Assembly (NCBI GenBank): GCA_040754815.1
Contig: JBFMBX010000003.1
Span: forward strand, 346,329-410,328
Reading direction: 5' to 3'
DNA length: 64,000 nt
Origin: Chloroflexota bacterium
GTDB taxonomy: Bacteria > Chloroflexota > Anaerolineae > Anaerolineales > Anaerolineaceae
In this document: positions 1 to 9,383 of the stretch, one piece after another
Layout: each line of letters begins with the position of its first letter
How positions within the stretch are numbered: position 1 is the stretch's first letter
Position numbers and translations under genes: made by a program
The notes under the pieces: model-generated
What the model was told of the DNA's origin: nothing
Databases searched by the model: none
The model's input: only the letters and a program-made list of their open reading frames with translations

Positions 1-2
1 AG

Positions 3-3000
3 TCACTACAAAATGCAGTTGATCGAGTGATGCCTGGTGGCAAGATTTATATATCGGATGGGGTTTATAGCAGCAGCACAATCAATATTTCTAAACCCCT
101 TACCATCACAGGCGAGAGTCGAAGTGGAGTTGTAATTAAAGCCGGTGCTTCTGGCGGGTATGGATTGGATATTCAAGCAAACCATTTTACGATTCAAAAT
201 GTCACCATTGAAAATAACAATAACGCACTTTATGGCTTGAAAATTTCAGGGTCATCCAATGTTGCGGTACAAAACATTGAAGTAAAGAATTTCATTCGAT
301 CCGGTGTTGATCTGATTGGTTGTAATGAAGCGACGGTCGAGGATGTCTATTCTCATGACAATGGCGGGGTGGGAGTTGCTGTTTCCAATTCAACCAACAT
401 TACTTTGCGTGATATTTCCACATCAAATAATGTTTGGGGTGGCGTAGGTTTATTTACAAATGCCGGTTATTACACGGGCAATTTGAGCGACGGAAAGACT
501 GGATCGGACGGGATTATTCTTGAGGGAACGAATTCATTTGGCGAAGTAAATCCATTGTATCTGGATTATGCTGATCCTTCTCATGTCATTCGAAATTTTG
601 TTCAGAGTGATTTCGAATATGTGGTGAAAAGCACCCTCATTACTCAAAAAATTTACTATCAGAAAACAAAAGAAAGCGCGTTGGCTTTTATCAATGCTGC
701 TGATTCTTTACCACCCGCTGGTACGTTTAAACCCACTGCCGGAATTCAAAGGTTATCGGATGGTTCATTCCATGTACTGAATACCATGAAAATTCAGCCG
801 GCAATTGATTTGGTGAGCACCAATGGTACGATTTATATTTACCCCGGAACCTATAACGAGATTGCTCAAAACAGGTATGTATTGGGCACAAATGGCCCCC
901 ACCAGTTTGGGCTGTTCATTGCCGATGACAAAGATGGTATCAGCCTGATCGGTGTCGATTCAAATGGGAACCCAATTTCCAATTACACTCAAGTTGAAGC
1001 AACAATCAATACGAACGCTACCAATAATTTTGGACCTAGTGGTATTTTTATTGAGGCTGATAATGTCACTCTGCAGGGTCTTCGGATTGGTCCCAATCCA
1101 CCAGGGGAAAACAAAACGATTGAGGTGATTGGCGATGGTTTTGTGTTGCGCAATTCACATATTGCGGTACCGGCTGGGGGTTCGGTATATATTAATGACT
1201 GGAGATTCGATGAGACAAACCAGGTCTCCCATGTGAAATCTTATTTCATCGAAAATAACTGGTTTGAATACGGTTCCAGTGTAGATATTGCCAGCGGAGC
1301 AGGATACTCCGGAGACATCCAAAATCGGAGGATAACCGGAAATAAATTCACCGGAAATGAGGATGTCTTTTGGGCACTGGTGTCCTTCAATGGCTATGGG
1401 GAAATTCCCTGGTTTGAATATCCAATTGGAGGAGCGATAGTTCAAAATAACGATTTCAGCGGTAGCCCACAATACATCCGCGCCCGCTCCAATTACGATA
1501 ATTCCCAATTCGATTGGGAAACATTTTGGGAAGAGAATGCCTTCGATAAGGCTGTGGTTACTCTCTCCGATGTGGATAATTTCGAAGTTCGTTCTTATGA
1601 GTACACGAGCGGTTCGTATAAATTTACCAATGTGAGAAGAATCGCCGGCGCGATTCAGGGTGAGATCAATAATGCGGTCGCTGGTGACACAATTCTTGCA
1701 AAGGGGGGTGTTTTCACTGAGGATGTGGAGATCACCAAAGCCGTAACCATCACCGGTCAGAACCGGCCGGTGCTGGACGGGCGCTTCTGGGTCAATGCAG
1801 ACAATGTGACCATCCAAAGCTTTGAAATCCGCAATGGGCTGGCTTCCCTCGGTGTTGACCAGGCTGCGATTTACATCAGCGAAGCACAGAATGTCACCAT
1901 CCGGGATAATCACCTGATTGGCGCATGGACGGGTGGTGAGAATAATTTTGTCGGCGGGCGGGGTATTTTGACCTCGGGGAATGTCGGCAACCTGCAGGTG
2001 GATAGCAATCTCATTGAAAAATGGGTGAGCGGTCTTTACCTCAACCCGACCGGCGGAAAAATTACGGTGAGCAACAACGAAATCCGCGATAACTGGGCGG
2101 GTGCCGGTACAGACGGTCAGACGAATGTGACCTTCCGCAATAATTACTTCATCGGCAACATCGAAGGAATTGGCGCTTCCGCCGTCGGTGCTTCCTTTGT
2201 GGTGGAGGAAAACTCCTTTACAAACAACACCACAGCAATGAAGCACTACGGCGGTGGTAACCCAATCGGTGCCGAACGCAACTGGTGGGGTCATCAAAGC
2301 GGCCCGACCAATACCAGCAATCAGGGCGGTAATGGCCAACCGGTGGTGGGTGAGGTGGATTTTGCCCCCTGGCTGTGCGATGGTACGGACAGCCAGCCTG
2401 CCCTGATTGGCTTCCAGCCTGCTGAAGATGCAGCGGCCTGCACCACAATCTCCGAAGCCAAACTGGTGTTCACCGCTTACCCGACCGGCGGTTTTGAAGG
2501 TGTGCCCTTCGCCGTGCAACCGGTGGTTCGCGCCGAGGATGATGAAGGCAATCTGGCCGTGAACTTCAATGGGGTTGTTATTCTTGTTCTGGCCAATAAC
2601 CCCGCCGGCGGAGCCTTGCAGGGCAGCCTGCTGGTCAACGCCGTCAACGGCGTGGCAACCTTCAGCGGTGTGAGCATCAACAAGGCTGGTGAGGATTATC
2701 AACTGGCGGCGATTGCCACCTCCCTCGATCCTGCTGTGGGCGGTTACTTTGATATTCTGCCGCAAAATGCCGATCTGGCTGTTTCAATCACCGCCACACC
2801 TAACCCGGTTGAAACCGGAGCTGCCTTGGCCTACACCGTGGGAGTTCAGAATCTGGGTCCGCTGGATGCCAGCAACCTGACGCTGACGGTCACCCTGCCC
2901 TCGGGGGTTTCATTCCTCAATGCAGGGGGCACTGGCTGGACTTGCTCACAAAGCGGTGGTGTGGTTACCTGCACCCGCTTCTCACTCGCTGCGGCCAGCA

Positions 3001-3188
3001 CTGCGCCGAACGTGACTATAGCCGTCAATGCACCGGATGAGGCGGGTAATGTCACGGCAACGGCTTCCGTGGAGGCGGCGTCTCTCGATCTGGTACCGAC
3101 CAACAATTCTGCCAGCACCACTACGCTGGTGGTGACAATTCCTGAAACCGGTGGAGTAACCATATACCTGCCGCTGGTGAAAAAATAA
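3..3188 (+). CDS. Large secreted/surface protein, 5'-truncated by window edge: right-handed parallel beta-helix repeats, Ig-like module, DUF11-type domain, C-terminal IYLPLVKK motif
   Basis: Frame is open from base 3 (SLQNAVDRVMPGGKIYI...). Recurring 'IQxAIDxxxxGxxIxxxxGxY' module starts and N/G-rich beta-helix coils. DUF11-like ADLAVSITATPNPV...YTVGVQNLGP...DLVPTNNSAS. Confidence 0.8.
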   Translation, partial: SLQNAVDRVMPGGKIYISDGVYSSSTINISKPLTITGESRSGVVIKAGASGGYGLDIQANHFTIQNVTIENNNNALYGLKISGSSNVAVQNIEVKNFIRSGVDLIGCNEATVEDVYSHDNGGVGVAVSNSTNITLRDISTSNNVWGGVGLFTNAGYYTGNLSDGKTGSDGIILEGTNSFGEVNPLYLDYADPSHVIRNFVQSDFEYVVKSTLITQKIYYQKTKESALAFINAADSLPPAGTFKPTAGIQRLSDGSFHVLNTMKIQPAIDLVSTNGTIYIYPGTYNEIAQNRYVLGTNGPHQFGLFIADDKDGISLIGVDSNGNPISNYTQVEATINTNATNNFGPSGIFIEADNVTLQGLRIGPNPPGENKTIEVIGDGFVLRNSHIAVPAGGSVYINDWRFDETNQVSHVKSYFIENNWFEYGSSVDIASGAGYSGDIQNRRITGNKFTGNEDVFWALVSFNGYGEIPWFEYPIGGAIVQNNDFSGSPQYIRARSNYDNSQFDWETFWEENAFDKAVVTLSDVDNFEVRSYEYTSGSYKFTNVRRIAGAIQGEINNAVAGDTILAKGGVFTEDVEITKAVTITGQNRPVLDGRFWVNADNVTIQSFEIRNGLASLGVDQAAIYISEAQNVTIRDNHLIGAWTGGENNFVGGRGILTSGNVGNLQVDSNLIEKWVSGLYLNPTGGKITVSNNEIRDNWAGAGTDGQTNVTFRNNYFIGNIEGIGASAVGASFVVEENSFTNNTTAMKHYGGGNPIGAERNWWGHQSGPTNTSNQGGNGQPVVGEVDFAPWLCDGTDSQPALIGFQPAEDAAACTTISEAKLVFTAYPTGGFEGVPFAVQPVVRAEDDEGNLAVNFNGVVILVLANNPAGGALQGSLLVNAVNGVATFSGVSINKAGEDYQLAAIATSLDPAVGGYFDILPQNADLAVSITATPNPVETGAALAYTVGVQNLGPLDASNLTLTVTLPSGVSFLNAGGTGWTCSQSGGVVTCTRFSLAAASTAPNVTIAVNAPDEAGNVTATASVEAASLDLVPTNNSASTTTLVVTIPETGGVTIYLPLVKK

Positions 3189-3207
3189 ATCCTGAATAAA
3201 ACAAAAT

Positions 3208-3246
3208 CCCCCTCCGCCATTTTCCACGGCGGAGGGGGTCTTTTTT
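3208..3246. terminator. Intrinsic terminator between convergent genes, probably bidirectional
   Basis: 11-bp perfect stem ccccctccgcc / ggcggaggggg with 9-nt loop, followed by tctttttt and preceded by an A-run. Confidence 0.85.
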
Positions 3247-3265
3247 ATTGTAGAACAGAATCGGT

Positions 3266-4357
3266 TTATGGTTCGGGCTGCTGCTGAGTGATGCAGTGGA
3301 TATTGCCACCTCCCAGCAATATTTCGCGTGCAGGGACGGGGACAATTTGCCGTTCCGGCATCAGTTCGGCCAGTTTTTGCAGAGCCGGCTGATCATGGGG
3401 GTCGTCAAAAACCGGCACAATCGCCGCACCGTTGGCCATGTAAAAGTTGATGTAAGAGCCGGCTAAACGGTCGCCTTCCTCTCGAGGGAGTGTGCCCTCG
3501 ACGGCATCCACCCCTTCGCTTTCCTCACGGGTGATGTAAATTGGCCCGGGCTGATGGATTTTGTGCACTTCCAGTCGGCGTCCGCGCGCGTCGGTCATGT
3601 GCATCAGCCGTTCGTAAGCATCGGCGGAGATTTCATATTGTGGATCACTCTTGTCGTCGGTCCATGTGAGAGCAATCACACCGGGGCGGATGAAACAAGC
3701 CAGATTGTCCACATGACCGCTGGTTTCATCGTTGTACACACCTTTGCCCAGCCAGAGGATTTTCTCGACATTCAGGTATTCCATTAAGAAATTTTCAATC
3801 TCCGATTTGGAAAGTTGCGGGTTGCGGTTGGGGTTGAGCAGGCACTCTTCGGTAGTGAGCAGCGTACCCTGACCATCCACATGGATGGAGCCGCCTTCCA
3901 GTACCAGTGGGGCTTTATAACGGTCAACCCATTCAATTTCGGCCACCTTGCGGGCGACTAAATCATCCAGATCCCATGGGAAGTACAGGCCACCATCCAG
4001 ACCTCCCCAGGCGTTAAAATCCCAGTCCACAGCGCGGACAACCTCACCATTGGTGACAAAGGTCGGTCCGCAGTCGCGCATCCACGAATCGTTATATGAA
4101 AGTTCGACCACGCGGATGTGAGCAGGCAGCATGTTGCGGGCATTCTGAAATTGACCGGCAGAGACGCCCATGGTTACTCTTTCAAAACGGGCTATGACTG
4201 TTGCAACGGCGGCAAAGGCTTTTTGAGCCGGTTTTGCGCCTAATCGCCAGTTGTCCGGTCTTTCCGGCCAAAGCATCCAGCAACCGGTGTGAGGTTCAAA
4301 TTCGGCCGGCATGTGAAAGCCGTCTTTTCGGGGAGTACTATTAATTAGCGATGACAT
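3266..4357 (-). CDS. aguA: Agmatine deiminase
   Basis: [55 protein letters not shown], and [13 protein letters not shown] with the catalytic Cys. Confidence 0.95.
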   Translation of the reverse strand: MSSLINSTPRKDGFHMPAEFEPHTGCWMLWPERPDNWRLGAKPAQKAFAAVATVIARFERVTMGVSAGQFQNARNMLPAHIRVVELSYNDSWMRDCGPTFVTNGEVVRAVDWDFNAWGGLDGGLYFPWDLDDLVARKVAEIEWVDRYKAPLVLEGGSIHVDGQGTLLTTEECLLNPNRNPQLSKSEIENFLMEYLNVEKILWLGKGVYNDETSGHVDNLACFIRPGVIALTWTDDKSDPQYEISADAYERLMHMTDARGRRLEVHKIHQPGPIYITREESEGVDAVEGTLPREEGDRLAGSYINFYMANGAAIVPVFDDPHDQPALQKLAELMPERQIVPVPAREILLGGGNIHCITQQQPEP

Positions 4358-4381
4358 AGAAAATCCCTCACAAGGAATAGA

Positions 4382-5764
4382 TTACCGTTTGATCAGGAAT
4401 TCACCAATGATCAGGGTTACAGCAACACCGACAAGCACCGGAATTGCATAACCCCAATCTACCGGCTCACCCGGTACCCAAATAAAGAAAACGATAGCCT
4501 GCAGGATAAACATAACACAGACGATGGTCATCAATACAGCGGTAAGGTGATTGCCCGGTACGCGGTAGGGGCGGGGGCGGTCGGCATCGGTACGGCGCAA
4601 TTTCAGGAAAGCCGGGAAGAGAGCCAGGTATGGCATAAGAAATACAATAGAAGAGAAGGCAAATAACGACCAGAACAAATCTTCTGCCGTGGTGGCCATG
4701 AGGCCGTAAATGATTAAAACCGCACTGGAAACGATACCCGTGAGGATATATGCGCCGACCGGCGTTTTATTTACGGGATGGAGTTGACCAAAGAAAGCCG
4801 GTAGTTCGCCTTCGTTGGCGGCTTCGGCAGCAGTTCGATTGGCGCCCATTGTCCAGGTGACCATGTTGGTCAGGAAGGTGTAGAGACCACCAATGCCGAG
4901 GATAGTCACAATGGCGCCGCCAATTCCGCTTTCTCCAAACAGAATGCGCAGCGTGTCAATGACCCCAGAAACCAGACCCAGTTCCTCAGCGGGTAAAGCC
5001 ATCAACATGCCGATGGTGCCCATCAGATAGAAGAACGCAATCAATATGCCAGCAGTAATAATTGCCCGGGGAATATCGCGTTGCGGGTTTTGCATTTCCT
5101 CCCCAGCACCAGACATTAACTCAAAGCCCATGAAGTTATAAACAATCACCGGCAAGAAGTACAAACCGGCGTCCCAGCGGGGCAAGATGTTACGGAAGGA
5201 AAGGTCATTGGCAACCCCATGTTGAGACGCATAAATGAAAGCGCCAACACCGATGACCAGCATGATGAAAACTTTGATCAATGCGCCGATATTAGGTACC
5301 CATTTACCAATATCAAGGGCAACAATTCCGATGATCACCGTCACCCACGTCATCAAGACACCGATTGCAATTTGACCCCAAAGGCTGAGGTCTGGAATGA
5401 ACAACTGGGCGAACATACCGGCAAAGAGAACATAAACGGATGGCATCCACAAAGCAACATTAATCCAGTAAAGCCAGGTAGTGCGGGCTGCCCAACGTTC
5501 ACCGAATGCGTTGCGTACCCAAATGTATAATCCACCCTGTTCGGGGTAGGTTGTGCCCAACTCGGCGGTGATCAGACCGTAAGGAATGAAAAACAGGACC
5601 AGAGTGATGATCCACCATGAAATTGAAGATGGACCAATTGCCGCCGAAGGTGCCAAGGTATCTATCACAAGAATGGCGGCTACAGTGAAAAGGGTCATAT
5701 CAACGGCACGAAAGGCTTTTTTGAAACCATTACTTTTTTTTGTAGGGGCAATAGCGGTATCCAT
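4382..5764 (-). CDS. APC-family permease, likely agmatine/putrescine transporter (AguD position)
   Basis: About 12 hydrophobic segments, AELGTTYPEQGGLYIW, GFELMSGAGEEM and C-terminal RPYRVP; lies between ptcA and aguA. Confidence 0.85.
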   Translation of the reverse strand: MDTAIAPTKKSNGFKKAFRAVDMTLFTVAAILVIDTLAPSAAIGPSSISWWIITLVLFFIPYGLITAELGTTYPEQGGLYIWVRNAFGERWAARTTWLYWINVALWMPSVYVLFAGMFAQLFIPDLSLWGQIAIGVLMTWVTVIIGIVALDIGKWVPNIGALIKVFIMLVIGVGAFIYASQHGVANDLSFRNILPRWDAGLYFLPVIVYNFMGFELMSGAGEEMQNPQRDIPRAIITAGILIAFFYLMGTIGMLMALPAEELGLVSGVIDTLRILFGESGIGGAIVTILGIGGLYTFLTNMVTWTMGANRTAAEAANEGELPAFFGQLHPVNKTPVGAYILTGIVSSAVLIIYGLMATTAEDLFWSLFAFSSIVFLMPYLALFPAFLKLRRTDADRPRPYRVPGNHLTAVLMTIVCVMFILQAIVFFIWVPGEPVDWGYAIPVLVGVAVTLIIGEFLIKR

Positions 5765-5804
5765 GAGGAAATCTCCTTGAGTATGAAAGAAAGAAAAAAT
5801 TGGG

Positions 5805-5836
5805 CTCGGCAGGGATTAAGAATAATCCCTGCCGAG
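5805..5836 (-). terminator. Intercistronic hairpin between ptcA and permease (partial terminator or mRNA stabiliser)
   Basis: 14-bp perfect stem ctcggcagggatta / taatccctgccgag with 4-nt loop; U-rich run follows on the minus strand. Confidence 0.65.
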
Positions 5837-5848
5837 AAAAGGACGGTA

Positions 5849-6856
5849 TTAGCGGTTGAGGAAGTTTTCAATTTTACCGCGATGAAAGGCGGCCAGTTCG
5901 GCTGAAGGGCGTTTCAGGCGCGGGTAAATCAACCAGACCAGAATACCTTTTTCGGTGTGCAGGCGGTTTTCAGCCTGGTCGAAGATAATGGATTGAGCAG
6001 AGTCCATCACTTCGTCGGTGACCTCTACACCGCGTGAAGCGGGCAGGCAATGCATGAATTTACAATGGGCGGGTGCTTTTGCCATCAGTTCTTTATTGAC
6101 CTGATATTTCGGCATGAAAGCAGCCCGTCGTTCGGGAATCTGATCTTCTTGACCGACCCACCACCATAAATCGGTGTAGATAAAATCGGCATTTCGCACT
6201 GCTTCGATTGGATCTTCGGTAATGTTCAACGTTCCACCGGAAATTTTATTATTTTCCTCAGCCCATTTAATCCATTCGGTCGGTGCTTGATATTTCTTAG
6301 GGGCAGCATGAGTAAAATTCATCCCGAGTCGGGTGCAAATTAACATCAGGGATGAAAGAACATTGGTGGCATCGCCGATGAAGGTCACGTTGAAATCCTC
6401 CAATTTCTTACCGGCGGGGGCGTGTTCGATCATGGTCAGCACATCACATACCACCTGAGTGGGATGATTGTAGTCGGTCAGGCCGTTGATGACCGGTACG
6501 GTGGCATGTTTTGCCAGACCGGTGATGGTTTCATGCTTTAGGGTTCGAGCCATGATTGCATCACACATGCGAGAGAGCACCTGGGCGGTATCGCCGAGTG
6601 ACTCACGCACGCCGAGGTGAATTTCTCCCGGTTTGAGGTAGAGGGCATGTCCCCCCAGTTCGGTCATGGCGACTTCGAAAGAGACACGGGTGCGAGTGGA
6701 GGGTTCTTCGAAGATCATTGCCAGGGTGGCATCCTGTAACAATTTGGGTGTGCATCCCTGTTTATCGGCGGCTTTGATTAAACGGGTAAGTTCGATAAGT
6801 TCCAGGAGTTCCTCTTTGGTGAAATCCTGCGTATCAATAAAGTGTTTTAGGGTCAT
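5849..6856 (-). CDS. ptcA: Putrescine carbamoyltransferase
   Basis: STRTRVSF, HPTQ and HCLP carbamoyltransferase motifs; no ornithine-type SMG loop; C-terminal helical extension; agmatine deiminase context. Confidence 0.85.
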   Translation of the reverse strand: MTLKHFIDTQDFTKEELLELIELTRLIKAADKQGCTPKLLQDATLAMIFEEPSTRTRVSFEVAMTELGGHALYLKPGEIHLGVRESLGDTAQVLSRMCDAIMARTLKHETITGLAKHATVPVINGLTDYNHPTQVVCDVLTMIEHAPAGKKLEDFNVTFIGDATNVLSSLMLICTRLGMNFTHAAPKKYQAPTEWIKWAEENNKISGGTLNITEDPIEAVRNADFIYTDLWWWVGQEDQIPERRAAFMPKYQVNKELMAKAPAHCKFMHCLPASRGVEVTDEVMDSAQSIIFDQAENRLHTEKGILVWLIYPRLKRPSAELAAFHRGKIENFLNR

Positions 6857-6906
6857 AAAGTTGCTCCTTGATATAAAAAATTCGTATAGCCATTTAATTG
6901 TCTGGT

Positions 6907-7386
6907 CTAACCTTCAAAATCCTCGGGTTTGGGAAGCCACTCGTCAATGTTACGAAGAATACGCGGTACAAGTGCATAACCCTTGACTTTTACACCGGGA
7001 ATTGAAGGTAAAACTTTACCTAAAAAGTGACGCATTTCGGCATTGTCTTTAAAACGGGCTTCGATGGAAATGTCCTGAGTGCCCAATCCGTAAGCGAGGT
7101 AAGAGACTTCCTGCATGGACAGTAATTGTTGAATGGCGGTTTGTTCGTGTTCCAGCTGAACCTCCAAAAAAATATCCACCGTGTTTACATAGCCAAATGC
7201 GTGAGGATCGAGGATGGAGGTTAATCGAACTGCGCCGGACTCAACCAGCCGGTCAATTCGATTGCGAATGGTACGTTCATTGGCATTGAGCGTGCGGGCA
7301 ATCTCAGATGCGGATTTGCGAGCATCTTTTCGCAATTCAAGGATAATTTGATAATCGAGTTGATCAAAGGAAATTGGTCTGGTCAT
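6907..7386 (-). CDS. Lrp/AsnC-family transcriptional regulator
   Basis: LDYQIILELRKDARKSASEIARTL...RIDRLVESG HTH plus AsnC ligand domain; ATG at 7386 preferred over the ORF-track start at 7506. Confidence 0.9.
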   Translation of the reverse strand: MTRPISFDQLDYQIILELRKDARKSASEIARTLNANERTIRNRIDRLVESGAVRLTSILDPHAFGYVNTVDIFLEVQLEHEQTAIQQLLSMQEVSYLAYGLGTQDISIEARFKDNAEMRHFLGKVLPSIPGVKVKGYALVPRILRNIDEWLPKPEDFEG

Positions 7387-7608
7387 GAGATATTCCGAAA
7401 CGGAAATATAAATTACCGAATTGGCAACATAATTATAGCAAAAATTTGTCTTAATTTCAATACCCATCCCTGTGATTAAGCACAATATCATAAGTTTTTG
7501 TGACACTTGTAAAATAACAAGGCGGCAGAAATTATCTATTTACATAATAGACCGGTGTTCCGACATGCCAATGGTTGTGTGTTACAATTTTTTTTACTTT
7601 TTACACTT

Positions 7609-9360
7609 ATGAATACTGAATTTACCCTTCAAAATTTATCCTCAACCGACCGCCGTGGACCGGTGCGGTGGATTATTTCACACCTTAAATCTCAGTGGTG
7701 GCTGGTTATTATTGCTGTGGCTGGCGCGATAGGCAATGCTGGCCTGGCTGGTGTGGTGCCGGTCATGATCGGGCAGGCGGTGAATCTGGTGAGTGGTGGT
7801 GCCTTTGACCGAAACCGCCTGTTGCAAATCGTTTTCATCATTGTCATATCCCAAACGGTTCGTGGTGTGTTGCAGTTTGCCCGTAATTTTGGATTTGAGG
7901 TGATTGCCCAACGGATTGAACGCAAAATACGAGAGGAGTTATATGTATCTCTTCTGGGAAAAAGCATGACTTTTCATAATCTGCAACCGGTTGGTGATAC
8001 GATGGCTCGCGCAACCAACGATGTGCGGGAGGTTAATTTTTTATTTTCACCGGGGGTTAATCTGGTGGTTGGTTCATTAATCTTTATCTTCGTGCCAATC
8101 TTTGTAGCCCCTCGTTATCATCCTTCGTTAGTGCTGGTTCCGCTCTTATTTGTAATTATCTATTTTGTTTTGTTGAAATTTTACTTGAAGGAACTCGAGC
8201 CGGTCACCGATGAAGTGCGCCACTCGTTTGGCATTTTGAACACCCGCTTAAACGAAGCATTGGATGGCATAGAAGTTGTTAAGGGCGCCGCGCAAGAAGA
8301 GGGGGAGGTGGTGCTTTTCGGAAAAAATGTTGATCGTTATCGAAAGGCTGCTGTTCGCCAGGGTGATATTGAAGCGCGGTTCTTACCGGCTTTGTTGCTG
8401 GCTCTGGCTATGGCGGGTGGTCTTCTCCATGCGCTGAGCCTTTTTCAACGCGGATTGATCGACACCGGCGATGTTGTTGCCTATTTTGGGCTTCTGGTCA
8501 TGCTCTCGTTTCCAACATTCGTCTCCATATTTGCCTATTCTCGTATCTCGTTGGGACTGGCTGGGGCGCGCCGGATTCTTGAGTTGATGAATCGTGAAAA
8601 CAACCTTGACCAAAACGAAAAAGGGTATCAGGGGAAAATGCAGGGGGCGGTGGAGTTTAAGGATGTTTGTTTTGCGTATCAAAATGATGAACCAGTTTTG
8701 AAAAATATATCTTTTCGGGTAGAACCGGGGCAAACTGTTGCCATTGTTGGACAGACCGGCAGCGGCAAGACCACACTTGTCAAATTGATTAATCGCATCT
8801 ACGATGTGAATGGTGGTGAAGTGCGGGTAGATAATGTGAATGTACGAGATTGGAATCTTGAGGCACTGCGTCGGCAGATTTCCATTATTGAACAGGACAT
8901 TTTTTTGTTTTCACAATCCATTGCAGACAATATTGCCTTTGGTAAACCTGATGCGAGCCGAGAGGAAATTATAGAAGCCGCAGTTGCGGCTCAGGCTGAT
9001 GAATTCATACGTTCTTTTGAAAAAGGATATGACACAATCATTGGCGAGCGAGGTGTTACTCTTTCAGGCGGGCAACAGCAGCGTTTAGCATTAGCGCGTG
9101 CCTTTTTAACCCAACCAAGTATTCTGATACTGGATGATTCAACCAGCGCAATCGATTCGGCAACCGAGGACAGGATTCAAAGGGCAATTTATGCTGCCGC
9201 CCGAGGAAGGACAACCTTTATCATTACCCACCGCCTTTCACAAATTCGCTGGGCAGATGTGATTTTAGTTTTACGCAAAGGTGAACTGGTTGCTTCTGGT
9301 AGTCACGACGAACTGATGAAGAGCAGTGAAGCCTATCGTGATATCTTTCAGGAATTGTGA
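7609..9360 (+). CDS. ABC exporter fused permease/ATPase, heterodimer subunit A
   Basis: 6-TM domain, Walker A GQTGSGKT, signature LSGGQQQR, non-canonical Walker B LDDSTSAID; ATG 7609 preferred. Confidence 0.9.
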   Translation: MNTEFTLQNLSSTDRRGPVRWIISHLKSQWWLVIIAVAGAIGNAGLAGVVPVMIGQAVNLVSGGAFDRNRLLQIVFIIVISQTVRGVLQFARNFGFEVIAQRIERKIREELYVSLLGKSMTFHNLQPVGDTMARATNDVREVNFLFSPGVNLVVGSLIFIFVPIFVAPRYHPSLVLVPLLFVIIYFVLLKFYLKELEPVTDEVRHSFGILNTRLNEALDGIEVVKGAAQEEGEVVLFGKNVDRYRKAAVRQGDIEARFLPALLLALAMAGGLLHALSLFQRGLIDTGDVVAYFGLLVMLSFPTFVSIFAYSRISLGLAGARRILELMNRENNLDQNEKGYQGKMQGAVEFKDVCFAYQNDEPVLKNISFRVEPGQTVAIVGQTGSGKTTLVKLINRIYDVNGGEVRVDNVNVRDWNLEALRRQISIIEQDIFLFSQSIADNIAFGKPDASREEIIEAAVAAQADEFIRSFEKGYDTIIGERGVTLSGGQQQRLALARAFLTQPSILILDDSTSAIDSATEDRIQRAIYAAARGRTTFIITHRLSQIRWADVILVLRKGELVASGSHDELMKSSEAYRDIFQEL

Positions 9361-9383
9361 TTGCAGTCCAGGAGTGTTTTCAT

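Noticed and set aside
1155-2765. 536-aa minus-strand ORF
   Set aside because: Lies wholly antisense to the beta-helix gene and has no recognisable motifs; best explained as a codon-bias shadow
5849-6856. Ornithine carbamoyltransferase (argF/arcB)
   Set aside because: No SMG loop, has a PTC-like C-terminal extension, and sits in an agmatine deiminase cluster
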